Positions 28,294 through 38,049 of a DNA stretch of 64,000 nt are shown here, piece by piece. The stretch lies in the IMG/VR virus record IMGVR_UViG_3300022074_000006, positions 32,001-96,000 of that record; one strand, given 5' to 3'. The position numbers and the translations under genes are program-made. A model generated the notes under the pieces. That model was not told the origin of the DNA, made no database searches, and saw only the letters and a program-made list of their open reading frames with translations. The stretch comes from a virus. The stretch's first letter is position 1. Each line of letters starts with the position of its first letter.

Positions 28294-31200
28294 ATGGCCA
28301 TTATACCTCTAGAGCCGGGAAATTTTGATTCATTTGAAATTGTCGGTCGACCTCGGAGTAAGTTTAGCTCAGGAAGTCACATGGGTCCAACTGGATCGAT
28401 GCCTCTTGTTAGCAACAAGACGACTGCAATAAAGGACGTTGAAGTTAGAGAAGAGTTCGGATCTGGTCCTGTTGTTGACAACTCTTACAGAGCAGTACTT
28501 GAGGGAAGTCGACTTAACGATTTCGCTCAGTTTACAATAACCATTCAGTCCGGATCTTACAGGCACAAGTCTAAGTCAGCCCAGATCAGTCTAGCTTCTA
28601 CATCGACAAGGCTGGGCTATAGATTCAATTTGCTGACATCTGCTAGTCAAGCAAAGGAAACTACTTTTAGAGACACAGATGTTGACATAATAGACATAGC
28701 TGCTCAATCTCCTGCAGCATTTCTTGCTAACAAGAGCTTAGGACTGATCGCTCAGAGAATTCAAACAGCAATAAATAGTCCTCTAAATACACCCGACCCT
28801 GCTGATGTGACTAAATATATAAAGGTCCAGCACTACTTGGCTTCGCCTCCTGTTCCAAATAATGCCAACCCTCCGACTGAATATACAATCGATGTCCAGT
28901 TTATTAAGACTCCGTATTACTCTGGGGGTCAACCAAGACAGTTTCAGACTGGTGAGGTTATGGTTAACAAGATCAACAGAAGTTCTCATAGAAACGCAGC
29001 CGGAGTATTTGACGCTAATGACAGTATACAGTTCAGTGCAATAACGATTCAGTCTGGGTCAAATCTCGAAACAAAACTCAACAACCTTTTGAATGAAACT
29101 AGAGATCAGCCTGTAGCAGCAAATTACGGCAAAGAGTTGCGAGTAGTAAGGTTTGAACCATCTGTTAAGTTCACTAAAGATACAATGAGAAAAAACGTAG
29201 TGAAAGACGTTTTGTATCCTAGCTACAGGCACCTGTATCCTAATCTGCACTGGTCTTACACAAATTATCATTCTATCAATTTCTTTACTGGGAGCGGTAT
29301 TCCTGAGGATACTGCAATTCTCTATTTGAACAAGCTTAAACCTAAGTTTTCTGTGGAAATACCGGTGTTGAAAGACGGATCTTTCAACACCGATGAGTTC
29401 ACTAAGAACTCTGACTCTGATTTTGTGTCTCCTCAAGCAGGATTCAACGTTGAAGGTGTCACTACAGATGACAAGGTTTTTGTTTTTAATTCTACACAGG
29501 CTGTAGGTCAACAATCATCTGGGTTTGGCAGGAATATATCACTCAAAAGAACCATCCCATCCAACACCCTCGCTACTGTAAGAATGGACATCATCAAAGC
29601 GAAAGGGTCGTCTATTCCTGGGGTAGGGTCCATTTTCTTAAGAAGCGGAACTACGCCTGATCAAGCCAACGGCATTAAGATCAGCATCATAGACAATGAG
29701 GGATCTCCAACAACTAAAGTCTATGTCTTGGATTCTTTTGGAGACTATTCTGTCGCAGGAAATGAAGTCAAAGTAGATATTTCAAGCCAGACTGGCGTCA
29801 ACGGGATTTTAAGCACCCTCAGGACTTCAATATTGTCCGCCGGCGGTCATAACAACAAGGTCCTGGTAGGTCCGGTCTTGAATAACACTCTGGAGTTAAC
29901 TCAAGCGACAGGAGGTACTTCTGGCAACAAGACAATTTCAGTATCTGGCGACAACTTAGAAAAAATCATAGTGTCTTCTTTTGCTGGAGGAGCTGCTAGT
30001 GATCAAGTTAATCGACCCGACGGGGGTGCTTTAGAGGCCCCTGATCCTGCTGTTGCTGCAGACGGTTCCATAACAGTTGACAATTCTAGCCCTACAATAA
30101 CTAACGGCACCACCATCACCATGTCTTCAACAGATCAGACAGAGATCGTGTACGTGATAGACACGGGCCAGTCAAACACAGGACACAAAAACGGGTTAGG
30201 ACAGGTCGTGATTGGATTGAACGGTGGTCCTAACGCAAATGCAATAGCATCAAAAATCCAAAAAGCAATACTGTCAGGCAATGGGCACAATGGAAAGATA
30301 AGAGCAGAATTAAGCAACAACGTAGTGACGTTGACTCAGCAAGCAAAGGGTGCAGCAGGCAATGGATCGATTGTAATTGCAGGAGATACTGACAGCCTTC
30401 TGACTCCGTCTAATTTTACTAACGGTTTTACAGGAGAAGATGTTGTCATACTCCACAAGAAGAAGTCTGATGCGTCTTTCAAAGAAATCTACAGAATAGA
30501 CATTGCAACTCTTAAGACGCCCAATCAGAATGAGTGGAAAAAGGTTGAGTTTGATATATCGGGTGATCTTATTGACGAAGACTATGAGGTTAAAATAGCA
30601 CAGTCTGCACCTTCCAGTGACAATCATGATCATCTTATTGTTCATGACGCTAAAATTACTCTAGAAACATTGCCTGAAGACTCTACTGTCAAACTTCCCT
30701 ATGCATACTCTCCTAGAGAAGATTTCACTATGTCATTCTGGATAAAGCCTAAAATAGTAGGCAGAGACAAAAATGGAGGATATAAGGCAGGCACAGTTTT
30801 GCACTTGTCCAGCTCTTACGCAATATCAGTCCTGTCAGGAAGCTCAGTCGACGGTTTCGGCAGATCAGATAAGTTTAGATTGATGTTCCAGTTTGATACG
30901 AGTGCCAACATTGCACCTTCTAAAGTCCCTCTTAAAAAGTACGCTAGAAGCGATTCTGAGCATGATCCTGCTTTGTGGAGTGTAGGAAGTAACTTTAAAA
31001 ACGGTGAGTATCCAAGGGACGGAAGAGTTATCACGAACTCTTTAGTTTGGAAAGATGATGCCGATCTTATATTCTTGTCGTCTGACAATGCACTTTCCGG
31101 AGATACGTGGCATCACGTCGCCGTAAGATGGTCTGCCCACAAGAACAATAGGTCAGGATCGATCTATATAGACGGAGAGCTGGATTCTACTTTTCACATA

Positions 31201-32769
31201 AACTCTGGCTCCGCAATGCCGAGGTCAATGCCCGATTCGAGAGGCGATCCATCTGTTCTTTTTGTTGGTAACTACTTTGACGGCAGGAATGACGGTGACG
31301 AAGGCATGCTCATGAGTCAGTTTTTCAACGGGAATGCATCGTACCAGGAAGGGCTACCGCTTGCTTTCAAAGCAGTGGAAAACGCCATTCCAAACTATCA
31401 GATTGACAACTTTTTGTATAGAGACCCAAGTGACAGCCTTTATGAGCTGGATCATCCTCTCAAGGCTGAAATTCATGAGGTCAAGCTATACAATAAGTTT
31501 AAAAATCAGCTAGAAATTAAATCAGGAATGTCAAAACAGATTGATTTCCCAGATCAGGGTTTGATATTTTATCTTCCTGTGTTTTTTACACCTGAGACTC
31601 CAACTAGAGATATCATGCAAACCCCGTTCCAAACGTTCAGGTCTACGACAAACGATCCGTTCAACGTAGCACTATCATTTGGAGTAGGAGGAAAAACAAT
31701 GAACTTGCCTAACTTCTTAAGAGAGCACGTTCAAAAGAATTATCCGAGACTCTTAAATTTGACTGCTAGTGCTATTACCACAACAGACACTAAGTCTAGG
31801 ACAGCAGATGAATGGTTAGGATCAGTTCCAGCTCATAGAAAAGGTAACTACACAATACTTCCATGTGACAATGGACTTTTTCGTCCGACGTATTCCTCCA
31901 TAATAACCGGCTCTCAAACTACTAAAGTACGGACTGGATCGATCAACTACGTCTATAGAGACGACAACAATTATCTTAGAAACGGCTTGATTAGCTTGAG
32001 ATCGATGGTATCGACTGCTTCCCTTCCAATGAATCCAGGACATTTGCTTCAAGATTTAAATGCAGTTCCCGGCGGAAAAATTACGTCAGGAATGTCAGAA
32101 CAAGAAGTCGTAGATGCCCTCAACGAAAGAGAAAAGTTTATATTTAATCAGCTTGAAGGGGCAACGCCTGAAGATCCCGGAGTTGCACCAGGCTCTATTC
32201 TATCTATTCTTAATAGAACTAGAGACCCTGACTCTAATGAAGTTGTATTTTTTGACATATCAAATATGTTTTATGGGAATAGACTTAACCCAAATACAAT
32301 TAGCATAAAGGATATAGGAATGTCCGGGACACACGGGTCGGTTTCCATAACACTCAAAGATGACGGATACGGAAATATATATCGTCACGATTGTGTTTCA
32401 CCTCCTGCAAAATGGAGTAATGTAGGAGATGTGGTTTATGATGAGGGTATTATAGCAATAAAAAATCCGGTACTTTCTCACTTTGGAAGAAAGCAATTTG
32501 ACATAGAGTTTAGAGGAGAGCAAAAGGTTCCAGTCTTAGAAGTAACAGTTCCCTGTGAAAAGAATACCATAAATTCTTCTTCTAACCCCAACTATCTTCC
32601 CCTCAAGCCTTCTGGTGATGCAAATGAATATGCAGAAGACTTTGTGTATGTCACAGGGGTCAACTTACACGATGAGAACTTTAATATAGTAGGAAAAGCA
32701 ACATTTGCTCAGCCGTTAGTCAAAAGAAAATCCGATACATTTCTTGTGAAGCTTAAGATGGATTTTTAG
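28294..32769 (+). CDS. Large baseplate/fibre-associated protein (~1490 aa) with a LamG/concanavalin-A-like domain, a jelly-roll-like domain and two inserted modules
   Basis: AGGAGG RBS favours the ATG at 28294 (track start 28291 is TTG). LamG-like motifs FTMSFWIKP, WHHVAVRW, IYIDGELD, IHEVKLYN (30721-31495). C-terminal VTGVNLHDENFNIVGKATFAQPLVK. Confidence 0.7.
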   Translation: MAIIPLEPGNFDSFEIVGRPRSKFSSGSHMGPTGSMPLVSNKTTAIKDVEVREEFGSGPVVDNSYRAVLEGSRLNDFAQFTITIQSGSYRHKSKSAQISLASTSTRLGYRFNLLTSASQAKETTFRDTDVDIIDIAAQSPAAFLANKSLGLIAQRIQTAINSPLNTPDPADVTKYIKVQHYLASPPVPNNANPPTEYTIDVQFIKTPYYSGGQPRQFQTGEVMVNKINRSSHRNAAGVFDANDSIQFSAITIQSGSNLETKLNNLLNETRDQPVAANYGKELRVVRFEPSVKFTKDTMRKNVVKDVLYPSYRHLYPNLHWSYTNYHSINFFTGSGIPEDTAILYLNKLKPKFSVEIPVLKDGSFNTDEFTKNSDSDFVSPQAGFNVEGVTTDDKVFVFNSTQAVGQQSSGFGRNISLKRTIPSNTLATVRMDIIKAKGSSIPGVGSIFLRSGTTPDQANGIKISIIDNEGSPTTKVYVLDSFGDYSVAGNEVKVDISSQTGVNGILSTLRTSILSAGGHNNKVLVGPVLNNTLELTQATGGTSGNKTISVSGDNLEKIIVSSFAGGAASDQVNRPDGGALEAPDPAVAADGSITVDNSSPTITNGTTITMSSTDQTEIVYVIDTGQSNTGHKNGLGQVVIGLNGGPNANAIASKIQKAILSGNGHNGKIRAELSNNVVTLTQQAKGAAGNGSIVIAGDTDSLLTPSNFTNGFTGEDVVILHKKKSDASFKEIYRIDIATLKTPNQNEWKKVEFDISGDLIDEDYEVKIAQSAPSSDNHDHLIVHDAKITLETLPEDSTVKLPYAYSPREDFTMSFWIKPKIVGRDKNGGYKAGTVLHLSSSYAISVLSGSSVDGFGRSDKFRLMFQFDTSANIAPSKVPLKKYARSDSEHDPALWSVGSNFKNGEYPRDGRVITNSLVWKDDADLIFLSSDNALSGDTWHHVAVRWSAHKNNRSGSIYIDGELDSTFHINSGSAMPRSMPDSRGDPSVLFVGNYFDGRNDGDEGMLMSQFFNGNASYQEGLPLAFKAVENAIPNYQIDNFLYRDPSDSLYELDHPLKAEIHEVKLYNKFKNQLEIKSGMSKQIDFPDQGLIFYLPVFFTPETPTRDIMQTPFQTFRSTTNDPFNVALSFGVGGKTMNLPNFLREHVQKNYPRLLNLTASAITTTDTKSRTADEWLGSVPAHRKGNYTILPCDNGLFRPTYSSIITGSQTTKVRTGSINYVYRDDNNYLRNGLISLRSMVSTASLPMNPGHLLQDLNAVPGGKITSGMSEQEVVDALNEREKFIFNQLEGATPEDPGVAPGSILSILNRTRDPDSNEVVFFDISNMFYGNRLNPNTISIKDIGMSGTHGSVSITLKDDGYGNIYRHDCVSPPAKWSNVGDVVYDEGIIAIKNPVLSHFGRKQFDIEFRGEQKVPVLEVTVPCEKNTINSSSNPNYLPLKPSGDANEYAEDFVYVTGVNLHDENFNIVGKATFAQPLVKRKSDTFLVKLKMDF

Positions 32770-33341
32770 TGAACATACTTGGCCTAGACGTATCAACATC
32801 AACCACAGGATGGTGTTTAACAAAATCAAAAAATAGTCAGATCTCCCTTTCACTTGCCGGATTTATACATCACAAAGGCAAGATCTCGCTCCATGAAAAA
32901 GCTCAGCAAGTCAGAAACATGATTGAAGAGGTCAACAAAACCCAAAAAATAGACTTGATCTGTATAGAAGAAAACTTACAATCATTTAGGACGGGTTTAA
33001 GCTCTGCAAGGACTTTAATGACGTTGTCTAGGTATAACGGCATAGTGTCACACGAATGCTGGCTAGCAACTGGAATCGTACCTCTTTATTATAATGTCAA
33101 CAGTGCCAGAAAGATGCTGGGAATAGATACAACAAAAAAAGCCAGGCTTCCCGGCGAAAAAGCAAAAGATGTAGTTCATAGATGGGTGAAAGCCCACCCG
33201 ATAATGAAGGACTTTGAGTGGCCAACTCGCGTCCCTACCCGAGGTATCAATAAGGGGAAGACAATAGAAGATCCTGGCTGTCTAGACCTCTCTGATGCAC
33301 TTGTCATGTCTCTGTGCGGCCAAATTGAACACTGCAAGTAG
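32769..33341 (+). CDS. RuvC-like Holliday junction resolvase
   Basis: ILGLDVSTSTTGW, ICIEE and DLSDAL match the RNase H-fold RuvC acidic catalytic pattern. GTG overlaps the upstream TAG. Confidence 0.8.
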   Translation: MNILGLDVSTSTTGWCLTKSKNSQISLSLAGFIHHKGKISLHEKAQQVRNMIEEVNKTQKIDLICIEENLQSFRTGLSSARTLMTLSRYNGIVSHECWLATGIVPLYYNVNSARKMLGIDTTKKARLPGEKAKDVVHRWVKAHPIMKDFEWPTRVPTRGINKGKTIEDPGCLDLSDALVMSLCGQIEHCK

Positions 33342-33359
33342 AGCACGTAAAATAAATGT

Positions 33360-34334
33360 ATGGCTTATGTTGGCGAAAAGCTTAGTTTAATTAGGAGAGC
33401 TTTCGGAAAGTCTTTAGTCGAAAAAGACGGAGTCAATGTCAACATAAAGTGCCCGAAGTGTGGCAAGCCGGGATCTGACAAGAAAAAACTAGCGATTCAG
33501 GTAGAGACAGAACAGTTTCACTGCTGGGTTTGTGGGCTTAAGGGTTCGAGTGTTGTATATCTTTTCAGAAAATATAGGCCTTCTTTTTTAGATGAAGCTT
33601 GCAAGGTATTCAACAAGAAGAAGTTCAGCAATTTTGAAGGAAAAGCTCTAGAAGAGCCTAAAAAAGATTTAGTTAAAGACTTAGAAGGGTTCGTCATGTT
33701 AGGTGATGTTAACAACATGTCAGATCCGGATCTAAAGGACGTAGCCAGGTATGCGAAGAAGAGAGGCATAACTACATCGATGATGTGGAAGTATAGGCTT
33801 GGAGCGTGTGCTGAAGGAAGAATGAGAAGAAGGCTTCTGATACCCTCTTTTGATGTAGACGGTGAGTTAAACTATTACTCTGCAAGAGAAATAGATGGTT
33901 CTTCCAGAATGAAATATATAAACGCACCAGTTCCAAAAAAAGAGGTCATCTTTAATGAACATCTTATGGACTGGTCACTTCCTGTGACTTTAGTTGAGGG
34001 CCCTGTTGATTCTATCGTTGGAGGTGAAAACACTTTGTGTCTTCTAGGCTCACACCTTTCAACTGACTCTGAAGTTTTTAAGAAAATTGTTAAAAATAAG
34101 ACAGATGTTTACTTGGCTCTAGACTTAGATGCCCAAGATAAGGCACAGAAAATTGCAAAAGATCTTTCTTCTTTTGGTATAAATGTATACGTGATTGAAT
34201 TTAAAGATGACAAGGATGTTGCTGATATCGGAGCTGCAGCCCTTAAAGAATTAAAGAAGTCCGCGTCTAGGTGGACTTCTACGGACCGGTTACTAAAAAT
34301 GATCTCAGGAATGAGGTCTGGATCTATGATTTAG
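33360..34334 (+). CDS. DNA primase (zinc-binding domain plus TOPRIM)
   Basis: CPKC...HCWVC zinc ribbon; TOPRIM motifs LVEGPVD, LALDLD and DKDVAD. Confidence 0.85.
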   Translation: MAYVGEKLSLIRRAFGKSLVEKDGVNVNIKCPKCGKPGSDKKKLAIQVETEQFHCWVCGLKGSSVVYLFRKYRPSFLDEACKVFNKKKFSNFEGKALEEPKKDLVKDLEGFVMLGDVNNMSDPDLKDVARYAKKRGITTSMMWKYRLGACAEGRMRRRLLIPSFDVDGELNYYSAREIDGSSRMKYINAPVPKKEVIFNEHLMDWSLPVTLVEGPVDSIVGGENTLCLLGSHLSTDSEVFKKIVKNKTDVYLALDLDAQDKAQKIAKDLSSFGINVYVIEFKDDKDVADIGAAALKELKKSASRWTSTDRLLKMISGMRSGSMI

Positions 34335-34343
34335 GAGCAAAGT

Positions 34344-37300
34344 TTGAGTTTAAAATGCATTCATTTAAGTGATGTACACTGGAGAGGATTAACTCGACAC
34401 GACGAGTATAAGCGTGCTTTCGAGAAGTTTTTTAAAAAAGCAAAGTCTCTCAAGCCAAACGCGATTTTTATTGGAGGAGATATTGTTCACTCAAAGACTC
34501 AAGGGATATCTCCTGAATTGATTGACTCTCTAGTGTGGTGGTTTGGAGAAATGGCAAAAATTGCTCCGACTCACGTAATATTAGGTAACCACGATGGATT
34601 GATTCTAAACAAGGATAGACAAGACGCGATAACTCCTATTGTTAACAGCATGAACAACAAGAACATTTTCCTATATAAGAAGTCAGGTAATTATGACATC
34701 AATATTGATGGATACAAGCTGTGTGTTTTTTCTTGTTTTGATGAAGAAAACTGGGGGTTAGTCAAGCCTACTGAAGGCTACGTAAACATTGCTGCTTTTC
34801 ATGGCGGTGTGATGGGATCTGTTACAGACATAGACTGGACAATAGAGGCGGACGCTCAACTCGAGATGTTTGATAGATTTGACTTTACTTTCTTGGGTGA
34901 CATTCACAAGCTTCAATATCTAGGAAAAGAAAAGAGAATCGCTTATCCAGGAAGTACAATTCAGCAAAACTATGGCGAAGACCCAGGTAAAGGATTTTTG
35001 TTTTGGGAAATAGAAGACAGAGATAATTTTAAGTCAACCTTTTATGAAGTTCCTCATGATAGACCTTTCATGACTCTCGAGTGGTCTGGAAGCCTAGAAG
35101 AAACTTTGAAAGAAGCATCAAGCTTTCCAGAGAAGTCTAGGGTCAGAGTCAAGACAAAAATACCAATTTCACAAGGAGAAATAAAGCACCTTCACAGCGC
35201 ACTTCAGGAAAAAATGAAAGCGTCAGAGATAGTTTTCAAGCACGAATATTCTATGCCTGAATCATCTGAGTGGGAAGGATCTGAGACTATTGGAAAGAAC
35301 TTGAGAGATATCAAGACTCATCAAGAACTTTTTTCAAAGTCATTGTCCAACTCCAGCCTGGATGACAAGACTAAGGATGAAGTTAATCTTCTGCTTCACA
35401 AGTATTTCTCCCAAGCAGCTAGAGGTTCTTCTCCGAGAAACGTTTCCTGGTCGATACAAGAAATAAAATTTGATAATATGTTTACGTACGGCAAAGGAAA
35501 CCAGATAGACTTTGGGAAGCTGACGGGAATTACAGGAATATTCGGAAAGAACAGGTCCGGGAAATCTTCAATTCCTGGAACGATTATGTTTGCCCTTTTT
35601 AACGGAACAGATCGTGGAGCAATAAAGAATCTACATGTCATAAACATGAGAAAGGGATACTGCTTAGTGTCTGCTAAGATTACTGCAAACGGCAGAAATT
35701 ATCTGATTGAAAGACAAGCAGTAAGAAAAACGGCAAGAGACGGGTCGGAGAATGCAACGACTCACTTAAATATAAGCGAGATTGATTCTGACGGTAACAT
35801 TCTCAAGGACTTGAATGGTGAACAAAGAAGAGAAACAGAAAAGATCTTACGTAAAATCGTAGGAGGTCCAGAAGATTTTCTGATGACATCTTTGGCATCT
35901 CAAGGAGACATGTCGACATTCATAAAAATGAAATCGACTCAGAGAAGATCTATTTTGGCCAAGTTTCTAGACTTGAATATCTTTGAAGATATGCACAGCC
36001 TAGCAAGAACAGACTCTCTTGAACTGAAAGGAAAACTATCTGCTGTTCCTGATAGGAATTGGACAGAAGTTATCGAAGAGAAGAAAGCGCTTGTTGTCGA
36101 AAACTTAGAAAAAAGAAAAACGTTAGAGGAAAAACTTAAGAAAAAGAGAGAAAGCCTAGATGAAGTAAAAATAACTTTTGCGACTTTTGCTGATAAAGAC
36201 CTTGTAACACCTGAAGAACTTAGTTCGTTTGAAGAAAAGCTTGAAAACTTAGAGGTAGAAAGAACTGAGACAACTCATGACGTTGAAAAGCATGAGAGCG
36301 AAATAAGTGTAATAGCTAAAAAGCTTGAAGTAATCGAAAGAATTAAGAGTCAGTTTCCCATACAAAACATCACTGACGCACTTAAAGATCAGCAGTCAAC
36401 AGAAGGACAAATAATTGCAGTTGAAGCAAAGCTTGACAAAGAAAAGTCCATGGCTAAGCGGAAAGAAAAATCGATTAAGATACTCGACGATGTTCCGTGC
36501 GGAGATCAATTTCCAACTTGTAAGTTTATAAAAGAATCTCATTTAGACAAAAAGAGAATAGAGAAGCAAAAAAAATTGATCGAAGAAGTCAAGGAAGAAT
36601 TGAAAGCTCTGAGGTCTTCCCTAAGATCACTTAGAAAGAGAGGCCTTGAGGAGAAGATAGAAAAATACAATGAGATCATGCTTCAAGAGACTTCCCTAGA
36701 GAGAGAAATGGGTGAGAAGAAAGTTTCCCTTAATAATTCTCAAAACCTCAAGGACTCTCTAGAGTACAGAACTACTACTTTAAAATCTGACATTCAAAAT
36801 ATGAAACTAAGAGTGTCAAACACAGACGAAGCCAATCGGGTCAAAAGATGCAGAGAAACTATCCTCTCTTTAGAAGAAGAGATCTCTAGAATTGACGCTG
36901 AGAGAATAAGCTGTGCTGAAAGAATATCCCGAGAAGAGTCTGACATAGAAAAACTCAAGGAAGAAAAAGAAAAATATTCTGGGCTCATAAGAGACTGGCG
37001 TGCATATGATTTCTTCACAACATCAGTTTCCAATAAGGGAATACCGATGGCAATTATTGCTGATAGGTTGCCGATCATCAACAACGAAATTGCAAAAATA
37101 CTTCAGGGAGTCACAGGATTCACTGTTGAGCTAGATGCACCTGAAGGCTCAAATGCGATGGAGGTATATATTAACTATGGAGATTCTCGCAGAATAATAG
37201 AGTGTGCTAGCGGTATGGAGAAGCTAATGGCTTCTTTGGCAATTAGAGTCGCCTTGATCAACATAAGTAGTTTACCGAAAACAAACATGTTGATTATAGA

Positions 37301-37481
37301 TGAAGGTTTCGGAGCTTTGGATGACATGAACGTCGAATCATGCAGTCGACTTCTAGAGTCTTTGAAAAAGTGGTTTAAGAATATTATAATAATATCGCAT
37401 GTTGATGCTGTCAAAGATGTGGCTGACAACACGCTAGAGATTGTTAAAAACGGTAAAGACTCGTTAGTGAAAAATGTCTAA
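34344..37481 (+). CDS. Fused SbcD/Mre11-type nuclease plus SbcC/Rad50-type ATPase (T4 gp47-gp46-like)
   Basis: Nuclease motifs SDVHW, GGDIVH, GNHD, LGDIH, YPGS; Walker A GKNRSGKSS; long coiled coil; signature ASGMEK; Walker B/D-loop IIDEGFGALD; H-loop IISH. AGGAG RBS before a TTG start. Confidence 0.9.
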   Translation: MSLKCIHLSDVHWRGLTRHDEYKRAFEKFFKKAKSLKPNAIFIGGDIVHSKTQGISPELIDSLVWWFGEMAKIAPTHVILGNHDGLILNKDRQDAITPIVNSMNNKNIFLYKKSGNYDINIDGYKLCVFSCFDEENWGLVKPTEGYVNIAAFHGGVMGSVTDIDWTIEADAQLEMFDRFDFTFLGDIHKLQYLGKEKRIAYPGSTIQQNYGEDPGKGFLFWEIEDRDNFKSTFYEVPHDRPFMTLEWSGSLEETLKEASSFPEKSRVRVKTKIPISQGEIKHLHSALQEKMKASEIVFKHEYSMPESSEWEGSETIGKNLRDIKTHQELFSKSLSNSSLDDKTKDEVNLLLHKYFSQAARGSSPRNVSWSIQEIKFDNMFTYGKGNQIDFGKLTGITGIFGKNRSGKSSIPGTIMFALFNGTDRGAIKNLHVINMRKGYCLVSAKITANGRNYLIERQAVRKTARDGSENATTHLNISEIDSDGNILKDLNGEQRRETEKILRKIVGGPEDFLMTSLASQGDMSTFIKMKSTQRRSILAKFLDLNIFEDMHSLARTDSLELKGKLSAVPDRNWTEVIEEKKALVVENLEKRKTLEEKLKKKRESLDEVKITFATFADKDLVTPEELSSFEEKLENLEVERTETTHDVEKHESEISVIAKKLEVIERIKSQFPIQNITDALKDQQSTEGQIIAVEAKLDKEKSMAKRKEKSIKILDDVPCGDQFPTCKFIKESHLDKKRIEKQKKLIEEVKEELKALRSSLRSLRKRGLEEKIEKYNEIMLQETSLEREMGEKKVSLNNSQNLKDSLEYRTTTLKSDIQNMKLRVSNTDEANRVKRCRETILSLEEEISRIDAERISCAERISREESDIEKLKEEKEKYSGLIRDWRAYDFFTTSVSNKGIPMAIIADRLPIINNEIAKILQGVTGFTVELDAPEGSNAMEVYINYGDSRRIIECASGMEKLMASLAIRVALINISSLPKTNMLIIDEGFGALDDMNVESCSRLLESLKKWFKNIIIISHVDAVKDVADNTLEIVKNGKDSLVKNV

Positions 37482-37647
37482 GAAGATGAGAATAATAGTG
37501 GTCAGAAGCTCTGATCTAGAAATGATTGATTGCCCAAGGTGTGGATTTGCAGTTAGAGATCTCGAGGACATGAATGAGTGCAGAAGGTCAGGAATGTGCT
37601 CAGACTGTAAAATGAATCCAACAAATACAAAAAAAGATAATAATTAG
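37474..37647 (+). CDS. Small (57 aa) putative zinc-binding protein, not in the supplied ORF track
   Basis: My translation: MSKKMRIIVVRSSDLEMIDCPRCGFAVRDLEDMNECRRSGMCSDCKMNPTNTKKDNN. CxxC...CxxC; overlaps the sbcCD stop by 8 nt and fills the gap to 37665. Confidence 0.7.
   Translation: MSKKMRIIVVRSSDLEMIDCPRCGFAVRDLEDMNECRRSGMCSDCKMNPTNTKKDNN
37640..37646 (+). promoter_or_regulatory. Putative late promoter motif ATAATTA
   Basis: Directly upstream of the AGGAG RBS and the ATG at 37665, where the head-gene block starts. Confidence 0.5.
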
Positions 37648-37664
37648 TTTATAGGAGAAAAACC

Positions 37665-38045
37665 ATGTTGTCAGTAGAAGAAGTAAATGCACTAGGAAAT
37701 ATCTTGAACTCCACTTTTGGTAAAAGTGGTAATAGAGGAGAAACAAGATCTTTGACAGGATCGATAGAGGGAAACACACTAATCTTAAAATTCCTGTCAG
37801 TAGTTCAGTTTGCTTCTGAGTCAAGCCTGCGTGAACAAACAGATAGAATTGCAGAAGAAAGCGTAAAGCTTCTCGCCGAGGCTGTCACCAACATCAAGAA
37901 GCAATTCAAGGAAGCAACAGGAAAAACTTTGAAAGTCAAAGAGGACGGCTCTTCTGATAGTGTAGAAGTAGTTTCAGGATCCGTGCATTCACCAAGAAAA
38001 ATTGCATACTACAGGAGAACACACACACTTTCTATAAAAGAGTAG
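37665..38045 (+). CDS. Hypothetical protein upstream of terminase
   Basis: 126-aa ORF with an AGGAG RBS. Confidence 0.7.
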   Translation: MLSVEEVNALGNILNSTFGKSGNRGETRSLTGSIEGNTLILKFLSVVQFASESSLREQTDRIAEESVKLLAEAVTNIKKQFKEATGKTLKVKEDGSSDSVEVVSGSVHSPRKIAYYRRTHTLSIKE

Positions 38046-38049
38046 TTCT

